The notes below the pieces were generated by a model. That model did no database searches and was not told the DNA's origin. It saw only the letters and a list, made by a program, of their open reading frames with translations. A stretch of 64,000 bases of DNA from an uncultured Gemmatimonadales bacterium (lineage in GTDB: Bacteria > Gemmatimonadota > Gemmatimonadetes > Longimicrobiales > RSA9), in the NCBI GenBank assembly GCA_963798085.1, contig CAWCRS010000007.1, positions 1,600,001 through 1,664,000 of the forward strand, read 5' to 3'. Of the stretch, positions 1 to 11,717 are shown in pieces. A program made the translations under genes and the position numbers. The stretch's first letter is position 1; every line of letters starts with the position of its first letter.

Positions 1-2
1 AG

Positions 3-1475
3 CTGGCGGCACTGCGCCGGGCCGGGATCGAGCCGTACGCCTACGCGTTCGACGTAACACACTCCACCGCGGCGGCGCGCGCGGCATTCGAAGCGCAGGC
101 GGATCCTGCCAGTGCGCCGGAAGCCGGAGCGCGGGTACGTGTGGCGGGCCGGCTTCTGGCTCTGCGCTCGCACGGCAAGACGGTCTTCGCGGACCTGACG
201 GATCGTGAAGGAAAGATCCAGCTGTACTTCCGCGCAGATATTCTGGGCCAGGAACGTTTCTCGGTGATCGACCTGCTGGACGCGGGGGACTGGCTGGGCA
301 TCGAGGGCACCCTGTTCCGTACGCGCAGTGGTGAGCTGACGGTGCGCGTCACGCAGCTGGAGCTGCTGGCCAAGTCGGTGCGGCCGCTGCCGCTGGGCAA
401 GGAGGAAATCGATGCAGCCACCGGCGACCGACGCGTGCACGGTGGTTTCGCCGACACGGAGCAGCGCTATCGCCAGCGCTACGCGGACCTGGCCGTGAAT
501 CCGGAAGTGCGACGCACGTTCATGGTGCGCTCCCGGATCGTGACCGTGCTGCGTCGCCTGCTCGATGAACGCGGCTATCTGGAAGTGGAGACGCCCGTGC
601 TGCAGCCGCTCTACGGCGGGGCATCGGCGCGTCCCTTCATCACGCACCACAACGCGCTGGACATGCCGCTCTACCTGCGCATCGCGGACGAGCTGTACCT
701 CAAGCGTCTCATCGTGGGCGGGCTGGAGCGCGTGTACGAGATCAGCAAGGACTTCCGCAACGAAGGCATCGACCGCACGCACAATCCCGAGTTCACGATG
801 CTCGAGTTCTACGAAGCATTCGCGGACTACGAAGACATGATGCGGCTGGTGGAACACATGCTCGCGACCGTGGTGCGCGAGGTGACGGGCGGCGCACGCC
901 TGGAGACGCACGGGCGGGTGCTCGATTTCACGCCGCCATTCGCACGCGTTGGTTATCTGCAGGCGTTGCGCGAAGCGGGTGTGGAAGCGCGTAGCGCGAG
1001 CGATGCCGAACTGAAGCGTGCGGCAGCGAGTGCGGGCGTGGACGATGCGTCGTCGCTCAGCAGGCCCAGACTGCTGGACGAGCTGTTCAAGACACTGGTC
1101 GAACCAAAGCTGGACGGGCCCGTGTTCGTGACGGACTACCCGAAGGAGCTTTCGCCACTGGCCAAACCGAAGCGCGGCGATGGCACGCTGGTGGAACGCT
1201 TCGAACTCTTTGTTACGGGCCGCGAGCTGGCCAACGCGTTCAGCGAGCTGAACGATCCCTTCGATCAGCGCGAACGCTTCGAGGCACAGGCGAGGCTGCG
1301 CCAGGCTGGGGATGATGAGGCGCAGCTGCTCGACGAGGATTATCTGCGCGCACTCGAGTACGGCATGCCGCCGACCGGCGGGGTGGGGATGGGCATCGAC
1401 CGGCTGACGATGCTGATCGCGGACGAGGTTTCCATCCGCGATGTGATTCTGTTCCCCACCATGCGTCCGGAGTGA
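3..1475 (+). CDS. lysS: Lysine--tRNA ligase, class II (5' partial)
   Basis: Frame open from position 3 (LAALRRAGIEPYAY); OB-fold region, YLRIADELYLKRL, FRNEGID..HNPEFT, ALEYGMPPTGG.GMGIDRL. Confidence 0.97.
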   Translation: MAALRRAGIEPYAYAFDVTHSTAAARAAFEAQADPASAPEAGARVRVAGRLLALRSHGKTVFADLTDREGKIQLYFRADILGQERFSVIDLLDAGDWLGIEGTLFRTRSGELTVRVTQLELLAKSVRPLPLGKEEIDAATGDRRVHGGFADTEQRYRQRYADLAVNPEVRRTFMVRSRIVTVLRRLLDERGYLEVETPVLQPLYGGASARPFITHHNALDMPLYLRIADELYLKRLIVGGLERVYEISKDFRNEGIDRTHNPEFTMLEFYEAFADYEDMMRLVEHMLATVVREVTGGARLETHGRVLDFTPPFARVGYLQALREAGVEARSASDAELKRAAASAGVDDASSLSRPRLLDELFKTLVEPKLDGPVFVTDYPKELSPLAKPKRGDGTLVERFELFVTGRELANAFSELNDPFDQRERFEAQARLRQAGDDEAQLLDEDYLRALEYGMPPTGGVGMGIDRLTMLIADEVSIRDVILFPTMRPE

Positions 1476-1479
1476 CGCC

Positions 1480-2733
1480 ATGAAACGCCTGGAATGGTAC
1501 ATCGCGCGCCGCTACCTCGCCTCGCGGCGCAAGGGCCGGTTCCTCTCGCTCATCACGCTCATTGCAGTGAGCGGGGTGTGCCTCGGCGTCATGGCATTGA
1601 TCACCGTGATCGGTGTCATGACCGGGCTGCAGCGCGACCTGCAATCGAAGATCCTCGGTTCCAACCCGCACATCTTCCTGTTCGAGAGCGGGCGCGGATT
1701 GAAGGTAGGGGACTGGCATCACGTGGTGGCACGCGTGGCGGCGACGCGTGGTGTGGTGGCGGCAGAACCGTTCGTCATGACGAACGTCGCGATCATCACA
1801 GGTGACCACAGCTACGCGCGCCCGGGACAGCTGTTCGGGCTGGATCCGAAGGTCGCCACGGAACCGCTCACGAAGGTGGAGAAGCAGATCCGCGATGGCG
1901 AGCTGAAGTTCGGACCCACGCAGAGCGGCAAGCCTGGCCTGCTGATGGGCGTGGGACTGGCGCAGACGCTGTCGGTGATGCAGGGCGACAGCGTGGTGGT
2001 GGCCTCATTCGAGAATTTCCGACTCGACCCGCTCACGGGAAATCCGCTCGTCAGCACGCGCTGGTTCGAGATAACCGGCATTTTCACGACGGGCATGTAC
2101 GAGTACGACAACCAGAACGTGTATGTGCCGCTGGCTACGGCGCAGGAGCTGCTGAACCTGCCGCCCGACTCGGTGTCAGGCGTGGCGGTGAACGTGGCGG
2201 ATGCCTGGAAGGCCGATGCCGTGGCCGCGACATTGACCTCCGACCTGGGTCACAGGTACTACGCAGAGACATGGATCGATCTCAACGCATCGCTCTTCTC
2301 CGCGCTGAAGCTGGAGAAGCTCGCGATGGCCGTGATCCTGTTCATGATCGTACTGGTCGCGGCGTTCAACATCGTAAGCACGCTGATCATGGTGGTGACG
2401 GACAAGACACGGGAGATCGGTATCCTGAAGTCGATGGGACTGACTAACAAGGGTGTTTTGCGCGTGTTCATGCTGCAGGGCATGGCCATCGGCCTGATCG
2501 GCACGGCACTGGGCGCGCTGGGTGGGGTGGCGCTGGTGACCGCGCTGGATCGCTTCCACCTCATCCATCTGCCGGGCGACGTCTATTTCGTCGACACGCT
2601 GCCGGTGAAGCTGGACCTGCTCGACTTCGCAATGATCGTCGTCATCAGCGTGGTGATTGCCTTCGTGGCCACGCTGTATCCTGCGCGGCAGGCTTCGCGA
2701 CTGCTGCCGGTGGATGCGATCCGCCATGACTGA
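1480..2733 (+). CDS. lolC: Lipoprotein-releasing ABC transporter permease, LolC/E family
   Basis: IARRYL, N-terminal TM, periplasmic domain, LFSALKLEK, KTREIGILKSMG, YPARQASRL; followed by lolD. Confidence 0.9.
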   Translation: MKRLEWYIARRYLASRRKGRFLSLITLIAVSGVCLGVMALITVIGVMTGLQRDLQSKILGSNPHIFLFESGRGLKVGDWHHVVARVAATRGVVAAEPFVMTNVAIITGDHSYARPGQLFGLDPKVATEPLTKVEKQIRDGELKFGPTQSGKPGLLMGVGLAQTLSVMQGDSVVVASFENFRLDPLTGNPLVSTRWFEITGIFTTGMYEYDNQNVYVPLATAQELLNLPPDSVSGVAVNVADAWKADAVAATLTSDLGHRYYAETWIDLNASLFSALKLEKLAMAVILFMIVLVAAFNIVSTLIMVVTDKTREIGILKSMGLTNKGVLRVFMLQGMAIGLIGTALGALGGVALVTALDRFHLIHLPGDVYFVDTLPVKLDLLDFAMIVVISVVIAFVATLYPARQASRLLPVDAIRHD

Positions 2734-3514
2734 GCGACCCGAGGCGGTGCAGCGGCCCGCGGCCATCCCGGAGGAGCCGGCGGTGATGCCCATCGCAATG
2801 GAGGCGGCTAAAGAGGCGCGCGTCGAACGCCCGATCCTTGAGGGAAAGAACCTGAGCCGGGTCTACATTGAGGAAGATGGCAGTGAACTGACCGTTCTGG
2901 ACGGGGTAGAGGTCGCAGTCGCAAGGGCGGAGGCGGTGGCGATCGTGGGAGCGAGCGGCGCCGGAAAATCCACGCTCCTGCACCTGCTTGGTTGTCTGGA
3001 CCGGCCCACGGCCGGTGAAGTGATCCTCGACGGCCGCCCCGTCTCGGCGCTCAACGACATGGAACTGGCGGCGGTTCGCAACCGCCGCATTGGCTTCGTT
3101 TTCCAGTTCCACCACCTATTGCGTGAATTCAGTGCAATCGAGAATGTCACGATGCCGATGCTGATTGCCGGCATGGAGCCGGGCGAGGCGAGCGAGCGAG
3201 CCGCCGAACTGCTGGGGCAGGTGGGTCTGGCCCCTCGCCTGAAGCACAAACCCAACCAGCTCAGCGGCGGTGAACAGCAGCGCGTGGCCGTGGCGCGCGC
3301 GCTGGCCAACCGTCCAGCCGTGGTGGTGGCCGATGAGCCGAGCGGGAATCTGGACACGCACACGAGCGAACAGTTGCACGATCTGCTCTTCCGCATGCGC
3401 GAGCAGCACGGCGTGGCCCTGCTGGTGGCCACGCACAATCGGGAACTCTCCGATCGAGCGGACCGGATCCTGCTCCTGAAGGAGTCCCGTTTGCAGAGCT
3501 TCTACCCGGCGTAG
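2726..3514 (+). CDS. lolD: Lipoprotein-releasing ABC transporter ATP-binding protein
   Basis: Walker A GASGAGKS, LolD motif [32 protein letters not shown] 2726 overlaps the upstream gene end. Confidence 0.92.
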   Translation: MTERPEAVQRPAAIPEEPAVMPIAMEAAKEARVERPILEGKNLSRVYIEEDGSELTVLDGVEVAVARAEAVAIVGASGAGKSTLLHLLGCLDRPTAGEVILDGRPVSALNDMELAAVRNRRIGFVFQFHHLLREFSAIENVTMPMLIAGMEPGEASERAAELLGQVGLAPRLKHKPNQLSGGEQQRVAVARALANRPAVVVADEPSGNLDTHTSEQLHDLLFRMREQHGVALLVATHNRELSDRADRILLLKESRLQSFYPA

Positions 3515-3520
3515 GGACTG

Positions 3521-4018
3521 ATGCAGTGCGATAACTGCGGGCAGAACGAGGCGATCATTCATCTGACGCACATCGAGGACGACCAGGTCTCGACGAAGCA
3601 CCTGTGCGAGGAGTGTGCGGCGGAAAAGGGCCTGCAGCCAGGCAATGCGAACGCCAATTTCCCGCTGACGGACTTTCTGGCCCAGGTGGGTCGCACGACC
3701 CCGGAGTCGGCCAGCAACTCGCCCTGCCCCTACTGCGGTCTCAAGTTCGAAGAGTTCAAGAAATCCGGCCGTCTCGGGTGTCCGCACTGCTACGTTTCCT
3801 TTGAAGCGCACCTGAAAGGGTTGTTGCGGCGGCTCCACGGCGGCGCTCAGCACACGGGCAAGGTGTACCTGCCGCCGAACCCATCCGACGAGCAGCAGCA
3901 GGAACGACTGGCCGGGCTGCGCCGCAAGCTGAGCAAGGCGGTGGAGCGCGAGGATTTCGAGCGGGCGGCGCAGATCCGCGACATGATCCGCCTGCTGGAA
4001 GGCGCACCGAGTGATTGA
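3521..4018 (+). CDS. mcsA: McsA, activator of protein-arginine kinase
   Basis: Four CxxC motifs (CDNC, CEEC, CPYC, CPHC), H.GK.Y, C-terminal UVR motif EDFERAAQIRD. Confidence 0.93.
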   Translation: MQCDNCGQNEAIIHLTHIEDDQVSTKHLCEECAAEKGLQPGNANANFPLTDFLAQVGRTTPESASNSPCPYCGLKFEEFKKSGRLGCPHCYVSFEAHLKGLLRRLHGGAQHTGKVYLPPNPSDEQQQERLAGLRRKLSKAVEREDFERAAQIRDMIRLLEGAPSD

Positions 4019-5123
4019 CTACACATCGCTTTCCGACTTCGGCCTGAACTGGCTGGAGGCCAGTGGTCCGTACGCGGACGTGGTGCTGTCCACGCGTGTC
4101 CGCCTGGCGCGCAACCTCCAGGGTCACGCATTCAGCTCCCGCATCCGCGAGCCGGAGCGGGAGCAGATCTTCGAGCTGGTGCGGCGGGCGTGCGAGCGCA
4201 CCGACATCAAGGGCGGCATGACGCTCGATCTCTCGGCACTGGCGCCGCTGTCGCGGCGGGTGCTGCTGGAGCGCCACCTGATCTCGCGCGAGCTGTCGGG
4301 CGAGTCCGAGGATGCGCCAGCTCGCGGAGCCGGGCTGGTGGTGGGTCCGCGCGATGCGGTAGGCGTGATGGTGAATGAAGAGGACCACCTGCGGATCCAG
4401 GTGCTGCTCTCGGGGCTGCGGCTGCGCGAAGCGTATCAGACGGTGGACCGGCTGGATGAAGAGCTGGGCAGCCAGCTGCCCTTCGCGTACCACCAGGAGT
4501 TCGGTTTCCTGACCAGCTGTCCGACCAATGCGGGCACTGGACTGCGCGCCTCCATCCTGATCCATCTGCCCGGTCTGGTGCTCACGAAAGAGATCGGACG
4601 CATCCTGCAGGGCATCCAGCAGGTGGGCCTGACGTTCCGCGGACTGTACGGCGAGGGGTCCGAAGTGGTGGGCAACTTCTTCCAGATCTCGAATCAGACG
4701 ACACTGGGAAAGAGCGAAGAGGATCTGGTCGAGCACCTCGAGAAGATCGTGGGGCAGGTGATTCAGTACGAGACGCGCGCGCGCCGGGTGCTGCTGCGCG
4801 ATGCGCCGATGGTGATCGAAGACAAGATCTGGCGAGCGTACGGATTGCTGCGTTACGCACGCTCACTTTCATTCGAAGAAGTGATGAATCTCTTGTCCGG
4901 TGTACGACTGGGAACAAGCCTGAACCTTCTCTCCGGGCTTCGTGTATACACGCTCAACAAGATCATGATTTACGGGCAGAATGCCCATCTCGAGCAGGCG
5001 GCGGGACGGGCGCTCACCGAAGCGGAGCGGGACACGCACCGTGCGGCTTACGTACGGCGCGTTCTCGCAGCAGAAGGGGATGTCGTGGAACCGCCGTTCG
5101 AAGGTGTGGACGACGGGAACTAG
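4011..5123 (+). CDS. mcsB: Protein-arginine kinase McsB
   Basis: [51 protein letters not shown]; lies between mcsA and clpC. Confidence 0.95.
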   Translation: MIDYTSLSDFGLNWLEASGPYADVVLSTRVRLARNLQGHAFSSRIREPEREQIFELVRRACERTDIKGGMTLDLSALAPLSRRVLLERHLISRELSGESEDAPARGAGLVVGPRDAVGVMVNEEDHLRIQVLLSGLRLREAYQTVDRLDEELGSQLPFAYHQEFGFLTSCPTNAGTGLRASILIHLPGLVLTKEIGRILQGIQQVGLTFRGLYGEGSEVVGNFFQISNQTTLGKSEEDLVEHLEKIVGQVIQYETRARRVLLRDAPMVIEDKIWRAYGLLRYARSLSFEEVMNLLSGVRLGTSLNLLSGLRVYTLNKIMIYGQNAHLEQAAGRALTEAERDTHRAAYVRRVLAAEGDVVEPPFEGVDDGN

Positions 5124-5154
5124 TCATGCGATCCGACATCACCGACGAGGTCTC

Positions 5155-7629
5155 ATGAACTACAATTTCACCGACCGGGTTCGCAAAGTCCTGGCGATGG
5201 CTCGTGAAGAGGCGATTCGCCTGCAACACGACTACGTCGGCACGGAGCACATCCTGCTCGGGCTGATCCGCGAGGGTGAGGGCGTTGCCGCGGCAGTGCT
5301 GACGAACCTCAACGTGGACCTCGAGCAGATACACGAGCGGATCGAGGAGTCGGTTCGCAAGGGGAAAGCAACCATTGCGCTGGGGGAGCTGCCGTACACA
5401 TCGCGGGCCAAGAAGGTGCTCGAGTACGCGATGGCGGAGGCGCGCGAACTGAACCACACGTACGTCGGCACGGAGCATCTGCTGCTGGGACTGCTTCGCG
5501 AAGAGAAGGGAATCGCGGCGCAGGTTCTGAATTCGCTGGGTGTCACGCTGGAGGACGCGCGTGCAGAAACCCTCAAGCTGCTGGGCAGCGACGTGAGCCC
5601 GTCGCAGCCTTCATCGCCGGGTGGCGGCAGTGGCGTGCCGACGCAGAAGGGCGAGAAGAAATCGAAGACGCCTGCGCTGGATCATTTCTGTCGCGACCTG
5701 ACGGAGCTGGCGCGTGAGAACAAGCTCGATCCCACGATCGGGCGCGCCAAGGAAATCGAGCGCGTGATGGAAGTGCTGTCACGGCGCAAGAAGAACAACC
5801 CGGTGCTGATCGGCGAGCCGGGCGTAGGCAAGACGGCGATCGTGGAAGGGCTGGCGCAGATGATCGCGCGCGGCGAAGTGGCCGAAAGCCTGAAGGACAA
5901 TCGCGTGCTTGCGCTGGACATGGCGGCGGTGATCGCGGGCACGAAGTACCGCGGCCAGTTCGAGGAGCGGCTCAAGGCGATCATGAACGAGATCGCCCAG
6001 AACAAGAACATCATCCTGTTCATCGACGAGCTGCACACACTGGTGGGAGCGGGCGCAGCGGAAGGCGCCATTGACGCATCCAACATGCTGAAGCCGGCGC
6101 TGGCGCGCGGCGAACTGCAGTGCGTGGGTGCCTCGACGCTCAACGAGTATCGCAAGTACATCGAGAAGGACGGCGCTCTGGAGCGCCGTTTCCAGCCGAT
6201 CATCGTGGATCCGCCGAGCGTGGATGAGGCGATCGAGATCCTGAAGGGCATTCGCAAGCACTACGAGGAGCACCACAAGATCGTCATTCCGGACGAGACG
6301 CTGGTGCAGGCGGCGAAGCTCTCCGATCGCTACATCACGGACCGCTTCCTGCCCGACAAGGCGATCGACGTGATCGATGAGGCAGGTGCGCGGGCCCGGC
6401 TGGCCACGCAGGTGCCGCCGCCCGAAGTCGCGGATCTGAAGGTGAAGCTGGAGGAAATCGCGTCCAAGAAGGATGCAGCCATCCGCGACCAGAATTTCGA
6501 GCTGGCCGCCGAGCTGCGGGACTCGGAGCGGGAACTGCAGGCGGAGATCCGGCGCAAGCAGGAGGAATGGGAGCAGGAGCGGAAGACACACCGTCCCACG
6601 ATCGAGACCGACGATGTCGGATTCATTGTGAGTCGGTGGACGGGCATCCCGGTCTCCCGCCTGCGTGAGGCGGAGACGGAGCGTCTGGTGCGGATGGAAG
6701 ACGAGCTGCACGGGCGCGTCGTCGGACAGGACGAGGCGATCCGCGCCATCAGTCGAGCCATCCGGCGAGGCCGTGCGGGCCTGAAGGATCCGCACCGGCC
6801 CATCGGCAGCTTCATTTTCAGCGGTCCGACAGGCGTGGGCAAGACCGAGCTGGCGCGCGCACTGGCCGAGTTCCTGTTCGCCGACCGTGACGCCCTGATC
6901 CGCGTGGACATGAGCGAGTACATGGAGAAGTTCTCCGTCTCGCGGCTGATCGGCGCGCCTCCGGGATACGTGGGCTACGAGGACTCGGGCACGCTGACCA
7001 AGGCCATCCGGCGCCGCCCCTACTCAGTGGTACTGCTGGACGAAATCGAGAAGGCGCACCCGGATGTGTTCAACATCCTGCTGCAGGTGCTGGACGAGGG
7101 CCGGCTCACGGACAACTACGGTCGCGTGATCGACTTCAAGAACACGGTCATCATCATGACTTCGAACCTGGGCGCGCGCGACATCACGAAGGGCAAGTCG
7201 CTCGGGTTCCATCCGCGCGATGAGACGTCGGCCTACGAGACGATGCGCGAGCGTGTCAAGGAAGAGATCGAGCGCGCGTTCAATCCGGAGTTCCTGAATC
7301 GCGTGGACGACATCATCGTCTTCCACCCGCTCAGTCGGGACCAGATCGGCGAGATCGTGCACATCATGCTCAAGGAAGTTCGCGACCGGCTCATCGAGGA
7401 GAATCTCAAGATGCAGTTGACGGATGCGGCATTGAACTTCCTCGTGGACCGTGGCTACGACGAGAAATTCGGAGCGCGGCCACTGCGCCGGGCCATCCAG
7501 CGGTTCATCGAGGACCCGCTGTCCGAGAAGATTCTGACAACCGAGTTCCCGGCAGGCGAGGAGATCATCGTGGACGTGGCCGCCGATGGGCAGGCCCTCG
7601 AATTCCGGGTGTTATCCGCGAGGACATGA
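5155..7629 (+). CDS. clpC: ATP-dependent Clp protease ATP-binding subunit ClpC
   Basis: Double Clp-N repeat ([18 protein letters not shown]), [11 protein letters not shown] middle domain, GPTGVGKT; start MNYNFTD at 5155. Confidence 0.96.
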   Translation: MNYNFTDRVRKVLAMAREEAIRLQHDYVGTEHILLGLIREGEGVAAAVLTNLNVDLEQIHERIEESVRKGKATIALGELPYTSRAKKVLEYAMAEARELNHTYVGTEHLLLGLLREEKGIAAQVLNSLGVTLEDARAETLKLLGSDVSPSQPSSPGGGSGVPTQKGEKKSKTPALDHFCRDLTELARENKLDPTIGRAKEIERVMEVLSRRKKNNPVLIGEPGVGKTAIVEGLAQMIARGEVAESLKDNRVLALDMAAVIAGTKYRGQFEERLKAIMNEIAQNKNIILFIDELHTLVGAGAAEGAIDASNMLKPALARGELQCVGASTLNEYRKYIEKDGALERRFQPIIVDPPSVDEAIEILKGIRKHYEEHHKIVIPDETLVQAAKLSDRYITDRFLPDKAIDVIDEAGARARLATQVPPPEVADLKVKLEEIASKKDAAIRDQNFELAAELRDSERELQAEIRRKQEEWEQERKTHRPTIETDDVGFIVSRWTGIPVSRLREAETERLVRMEDELHGRVVGQDEAIRAISRAIRRGRAGLKDPHRPIGSFIFSGPTGVGKTELARALAEFLFADRDALIRVDMSEYMEKFSVSRLIGAPPGYVGYEDSGTLTKAIRRRPYSVVLLDEIEKAHPDVFNILLQVLDEGRLTDNYGRVIDFKNTVIIMTSNLGARDITKGKSLGFHPRDETSAYETMRERVKEEIERAFNPEFLNRVDDIIVFHPLSRDQIGEIVHIMLKEVRDRLIEENLKMQLTDAALNFLVDRGYDEKFGARPLRRAIQRFIEDPLSEKILTTEFPAGEEIIVDVAADGQALEFRVLSART

Positions 7630-10091
7630 CGCCTCACTCTCTCCCCGGCCGTATTCGCCGGAAGTCACGGGCCGCCGCGTTCAGGGCGGCCCTGACCATT
7701 TTGGCGAGTCCGCTCGCCCTGCGCGCCCAGAACGTCAGCAGTCCGGCACAACAGACTGTTGGCGTGATCGAGATTCAGGGCAATTCGCGCGTTCCGGAAT
7801 CCAGCATTCTCGGCGTGCTATCGATCCGCGCGGGGGATCGCGTCCAGTATCCCGATCTGGCGAAGGCGTACTCCCGCCTGTGGGGCACGGGTCAGTTCGA
7901 TGACGTGCAGCTGCTGGCGGTGAGCGATTCCAACGCCACAGCGGACACGCCCATCACGCTGCGGGTTGTCCTCAAGGAGCGGCCCATCCTGAACGCGGTC
8001 GATTTCCGCGGCCTGGAGAATGTCAAAGGCACGACGATCCGCGACACGGTGGGACTGAAGTCGGGCCAGCCTCTGGATCCGGCGAAGATCACGGCCACGG
8101 AGGCAATGACGCGGAAGCTGCTCGCGAGCAAGGGCTTCTACGCGAAGAAGGTCAGCCACGAGCTGCAGGATGTGCCCGATCATCCGGGCGAGAAGCGGCT
8201 GGTCTTCGATGTCGAGGAAGGCCTGCGCGTAGCCATCGCGGACGTCGAGTTCGAGGGTAACCACGTGTTTACCTCGGACCAGCTGAGCGGCGTGCTGGAC
8301 ACCAAGGCGGAAGGCTTTTTCTGGTTCCGCAGCGGCGTGTTCGATGAAGATCGCTTCCTGCAGGATCTGCGCGATCAGCTGCCTTCCCACTATGCGGAGA
8401 GCGGGTACCTGGATTTCGCGGTTGTGGGCGACACGCTGATCGTGGATCCGGAGACCGGGAAGGCCAGGCTGGTGGTGAAAGTCGAGGAAGGCCCGCAGTA
8501 TCGCCTGGCGAGCTTCGACATCCAGGGCAATCGTCGCTTCTCGACGGACGAGCTGCATCGCTACTTCGACCAGGAGCGCAGCGGACTGCTGGTGAGCCTG
8601 GGCATCGCGAGCAGCGGCGAAAAGCCGGTCGAGGGCAAGACGCCGTTCGATGCGGTGGCGTTTGACAAGGCAACGAGCGATGTGACGCAGCTCTATCGCA
8701 ACCAGGGCTATCTGTACGCGCAGGTGGAGCCGGTCATTGACCGGGTGCCGGCGGACAGTTCCAGCGGGGGCCCATCGGTTCGCGTCGCGTGGCAGATCGA
8801 AGAAGGCGCACCCGCGTTCATCAAGGAAGTGCGCATTGTCGGCAACACCTACACGCACGAGAGCGTGATTCGCGGGGCACTGTCACTGCTGCCGGGCGAC
8901 GTGTACAGCGACGATCGCATCCTGCAGAGCTATCAGCGCATTTCCGCACTCGGCTTTTTCGAGACGCCACTACCCACGCCACAGATCGTGCCGGACGAGC
9001 AGTCCGGCAATGTGACGGTGACGTTCGAAGTGAAGGAAAAGCAGACGGGCTCGGTGAATTTCGGAACCGCGCTGGGCGGAGTGACGGGCGTGTCCGGCTT
9101 TCTGGGCTACGACCAGCCCAATCTGTTCGGGCGGGCGAAGAACGGACACCTGCGCTGGGAATTCGGCAAGTACTCGAACAACTTCGAGGCCGCCTACAGC
9201 GACCCCTCCATCGGCGGGTCCCTGTACAGCGGCTCGCTCTCCCTGTTCAGCTCGCGCGATCGCTTCTTCACGTTCTCGGAAGGCCAGCGCCGGCGCACGG
9301 GTGCGGGGGTGCAGGTGGGATTCCCGTTCTTCTCGGACCCGCTGCGCACGCGTCTCTCTGTGGGGTACTCGCTCTCGCGCACGACCTACGAGAATTTCGA
9401 CACGGAGACGCAGTCCTCGCTCTTCTCGCTGCCGCCGGGCGTGCAGAGCACAGTGACGATCTCGCTGGACCGCTCCACGACGGATCATCCGCTGTTTCCA
9501 ACCGTAGGCACGCGCGCCTCGGTCGCGGCGGCGCTCAACGGCGGGATCCTGCAGGGCGATGGCACTTTCCAGAAGTACACGGTGTCCGGCGACTGGTACG
9601 TACCCGTGGGCCGGCTGGGCGGCAGTGCGCCGGGCTCTCGGCCGATCCGTCTGACCCTGGGACTTTCGGCGGACGCCGGAGCCCTTTTCGGCGATGCCAG
9701 CCGTTTCCCCTTCGACCGCTTCTGGATGGGTGGCGTGCAGTTCGGCCGCCCTCTTCGCGGGTACGACGAAACGACGATCACCCCGAATGGGTATATCAGT
9801 CGAAACGCGCCGGGGATCGCGCTGGACGAGCGGTTTGGCGATGCCTACATGCGCCTGAGCGCGCAGTACGCCATCCGCTTCAATGACAACATATCGGTCG
9901 GGCTCTTCTACGACGCCGGCAACGTCTGGCGGAAGCCCGCCGACATGGATCCAACGCGCCTGCTGCGGGGTGCGGGTATCGGCCTCACGCTGGTAACGCC
10001 GTTCGGCCCGCTCGGCTTGGATTACGCGTATGGATTCGACAAGATTCCGCCCGGATGGCAACTGCACTTCAAGTTCGGGAACTTCTTCTGA
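7626..10091 (+). CDS. bamA: Outer membrane protein assembly factor BamA
   Basis: Signal peptide, POTRA repeats, LRGY loop motif, [14 protein letters not shown]-terminal Phe. Confidence 0.95.
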   Translation: MTPHSLPGRIRRKSRAAAFRAALTILASPLALRAQNVSSPAQQTVGVIEIQGNSRVPESSILGVLSIRAGDRVQYPDLAKAYSRLWGTGQFDDVQLLAVSDSNATADTPITLRVVLKERPILNAVDFRGLENVKGTTIRDTVGLKSGQPLDPAKITATEAMTRKLLASKGFYAKKVSHELQDVPDHPGEKRLVFDVEEGLRVAIADVEFEGNHVFTSDQLSGVLDTKAEGFFWFRSGVFDEDRFLQDLRDQLPSHYAESGYLDFAVVGDTLIVDPETGKARLVVKVEEGPQYRLASFDIQGNRRFSTDELHRYFDQERSGLLVSLGIASSGEKPVEGKTPFDAVAFDKATSDVTQLYRNQGYLYAQVEPVIDRVPADSSSGGPSVRVAWQIEEGAPAFIKEVRIVGNTYTHESVIRGALSLLPGDVYSDDRILQSYQRISALGFFETPLPTPQIVPDEQSGNVTVTFEVKEKQTGSVNFGTALGGVTGVSGFLGYDQPNLFGRAKNGHLRWEFGKYSNNFEAAYSDPSIGGSLYSGSLSLFSSRDRFFTFSEGQRRRTGAGVQVGFPFFSDPLRTRLSVGYSLSRTTYENFDTETQSSLFSLPPGVQSTVTISLDRSTTDHPLFPTVGTRASVAAALNGGILQGDGTFQKYTVSGDWYVPVGRLGGSAPGSRPIRLTLGLSADAGALFGDASRFPFDRFWMGGVQFGRPLRGYDETTITPNGYISRNAPGIALDERFGDAYMRLSAQYAIRFNDNISVGLFYDAGNVWRKPADMDPTRLLRGAGIGLTLVTPFGPLGLDYAYGFDKIPPGWQLHFKFGNFF

Positions 10092-10116
10092 GCCTGTGAA
10101 GGGAGAACGCGGAGTG

Positions 10117-10662
10117 ATGCGCAAGATCATCGCAGCGAGTATCGTCCTGGCCAGCCTCGGAGGGCTCGCGGCTACCCGGGTACGGGTTCAGGAGAAACCG
10201 ATGAAAATCGCCTATCTGAACTCGGCGAAGATTCTCGAGGGAGCGCCGGGCGCCGATTCCGTCAAGGCCGAGATCGACAAGGAAATGGCGAAGTATCAGG
10301 GGCGAATCCAGAGCCTGCAGGACTCATTGCAGATGATGTACGCGGACTATCAGAAGCAGTCCGTGCTGCTTTCGCCGGCGGAGAAGAAGAAGCGGGAAGA
10401 TGCGATCGAAGCGAGGCGACAGGTGCTGGCGCAGCGCGCGCAGTTCCTGCAGGACGAGGCCAACAACCGGCAGCATGACATGATGGACCCGATCACGAAG
10501 AAGGTGGAGGGCATCATCGAAACGCTGCGCAAGGAAGGCGGCTACTCGATCATCTTCGATGCTGCGTCGCAGGCAATGGTGTCAGCGGACACGACGCTGG
10601 ACCTGACGACCCAGGTGATGACACGGCTCAAGGGCCCGGCTGCGACCGCGGCGAAGAAGTAG
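10117..10662 (+). CDS. skp: Periplasmic chaperone Skp/OmpH
   Basis: Signal peptide, KIAYLN, long coiled coil, GYSIIFD, DLTTQV; between bamA and lpxD. Confidence 0.9.
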   Translation: MRKIIAASIVLASLGGLAATRVRVQEKPMKIAYLNSAKILEGAPGADSVKAEIDKEMAKYQGRIQSLQDSLQMMYADYQKQSVLLSPAEKKKREDAIEARRQVLAQRAQFLQDEANNRQHDMMDPITKKVEGIIETLRKEGGYSIIFDAASQAMVSADTTLDLTTQVMTRLKGPAATAAKK

Positions 10663-10694
10663 GCTCAGGGCGAACCCGCGCGGAGCGCGTCTCA

Positions 10695-11717
10695 GTGCGG
10701 GCCTCGGCCATCGCGAGCCTCGTCGAAGGCGAGCTTGAAGGGGGGGCGGATCCCGAAATCGAGGGAGTCGCCCCCCTCGATCGTGCCGGTCCCGCCGAAC
10801 TGTCTTTTCTTGCTCACCCCAGGTACCTGAAATACGTTGCCCCCAGTCGTGCCGGCCTGCTTCTTGTGTCGAGCACACTGGCCGCGAAGTGCGAGGGCGT
10901 CGCGCCGCGCATTGTCGTGCGCGATTCGCATCAGGCGATGCTGCGCGTACTTTCCACGCTGTACCCGGAGCCGCAGGCCGCGCCGGGCATTCATGCGACG
11001 GCAGTGGTAGGTACCGGTGCACGGCTGGGCGACGCGGTCAGCGTCGGCCCGTACGCGGTGATCGGGGCGGGCGTGGTACTGGGTGCGCGCGTTCGCGTCG
11101 GTGCCCATTGCGTCATCGGGGACGGCTGTGTGGTGGGCGACAATGTGATCTTCCATCCGCACGTCACACTCTACGCCAACGTGCAGGTCGGGCCGCGCTG
11201 CATTCTGCACAGCGGCGTACGCGCCGGGGTGGACGGATACGGCTACGCGTTCGTGCAGGGCGCGCATCGCAAGATCCCTCAGGTGGGTCGCTGCGTGATC
11301 GGTGCGGACGTCGAGATCGGGGCTAACACGACGATAGACCGTGGTTCGGTGGGCAGCACGGAGATTGGCGCCGGGGTCAAGATCGACAACCTGGTGCATA
11401 TCGCGCACAACGTGCGCATCGGCGAACACAGCCTGATCATCGCGCAGGTCGGCATTGCGGGCAGCACCACGGTGGGGAAGCAGGTGACGGTGGCGGGTCA
11501 GGCGGGGATTACGGGACACATCACCATTGGTGACGGCGCCACGGTGGCTGCACAGGCCGGCGTGTTCGGCGATATCCCGGCGGGCGGGCGGTACAGCGGG
11601 TATCCGGCGCGCCCGCACAAGGAAGCGCTGCGCGCGCAGGCGGGGCTTGGCAGAGTGCCCGAGCTGCTGCGACGCGTGACCGAACTGGAGAAGTCGCTGA
11701 ACAAGGACGAGGGATAG
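10695..11717 (+). CDS. lpxD: UDP-3-O-acyl-glucosamine N-acyltransferase
   Basis: Hexapeptide repeats, DGYGY, KIPQVG, EIGANTTIDRG, KIDNLVHIAHN. Confidence 0.96.
   Translation: MRASAIASLVEGELEGGADPEIEGVAPLDRAGPAELSFLAHPRYLKYVAPSRAGLLLVSSTLAAKCEGVAPRIVVRDSHQAMLRVLSTLYPEPQAAPGIHATAVVGTGARLGDAVSVGPYAVIGAGVVLGARVRVGAHCVIGDGCVVGDNVIFHPHVTLYANVQVGPRCILHSGVRAGVDGYGYAFVQGAHRKIPQVGRCVIGADVEIGANTTIDRGSVGSTEIGAGVKIDNLVHIAHNVRIGEHSLIIAQVGIAGSTTVGKQVTVAGQAGITGHITIGDGATVAAQAGVFGDIPAGGRYSGYPARPHKEALRAQAGLGRVPELLRRVTELEKSLNKDEG

Noticed and set aside
4981..5154. Long N-terminal extensions in the ORF track (clpC; also DUF374 from 15239, larC from 28602, TPR from 30008, gpsA from 34787, pcm from 37145)
   Set aside because: They overlap upstream genes or intergenic DNA; downstream starts with RBS or stop/start coupling fit the family N-termini.
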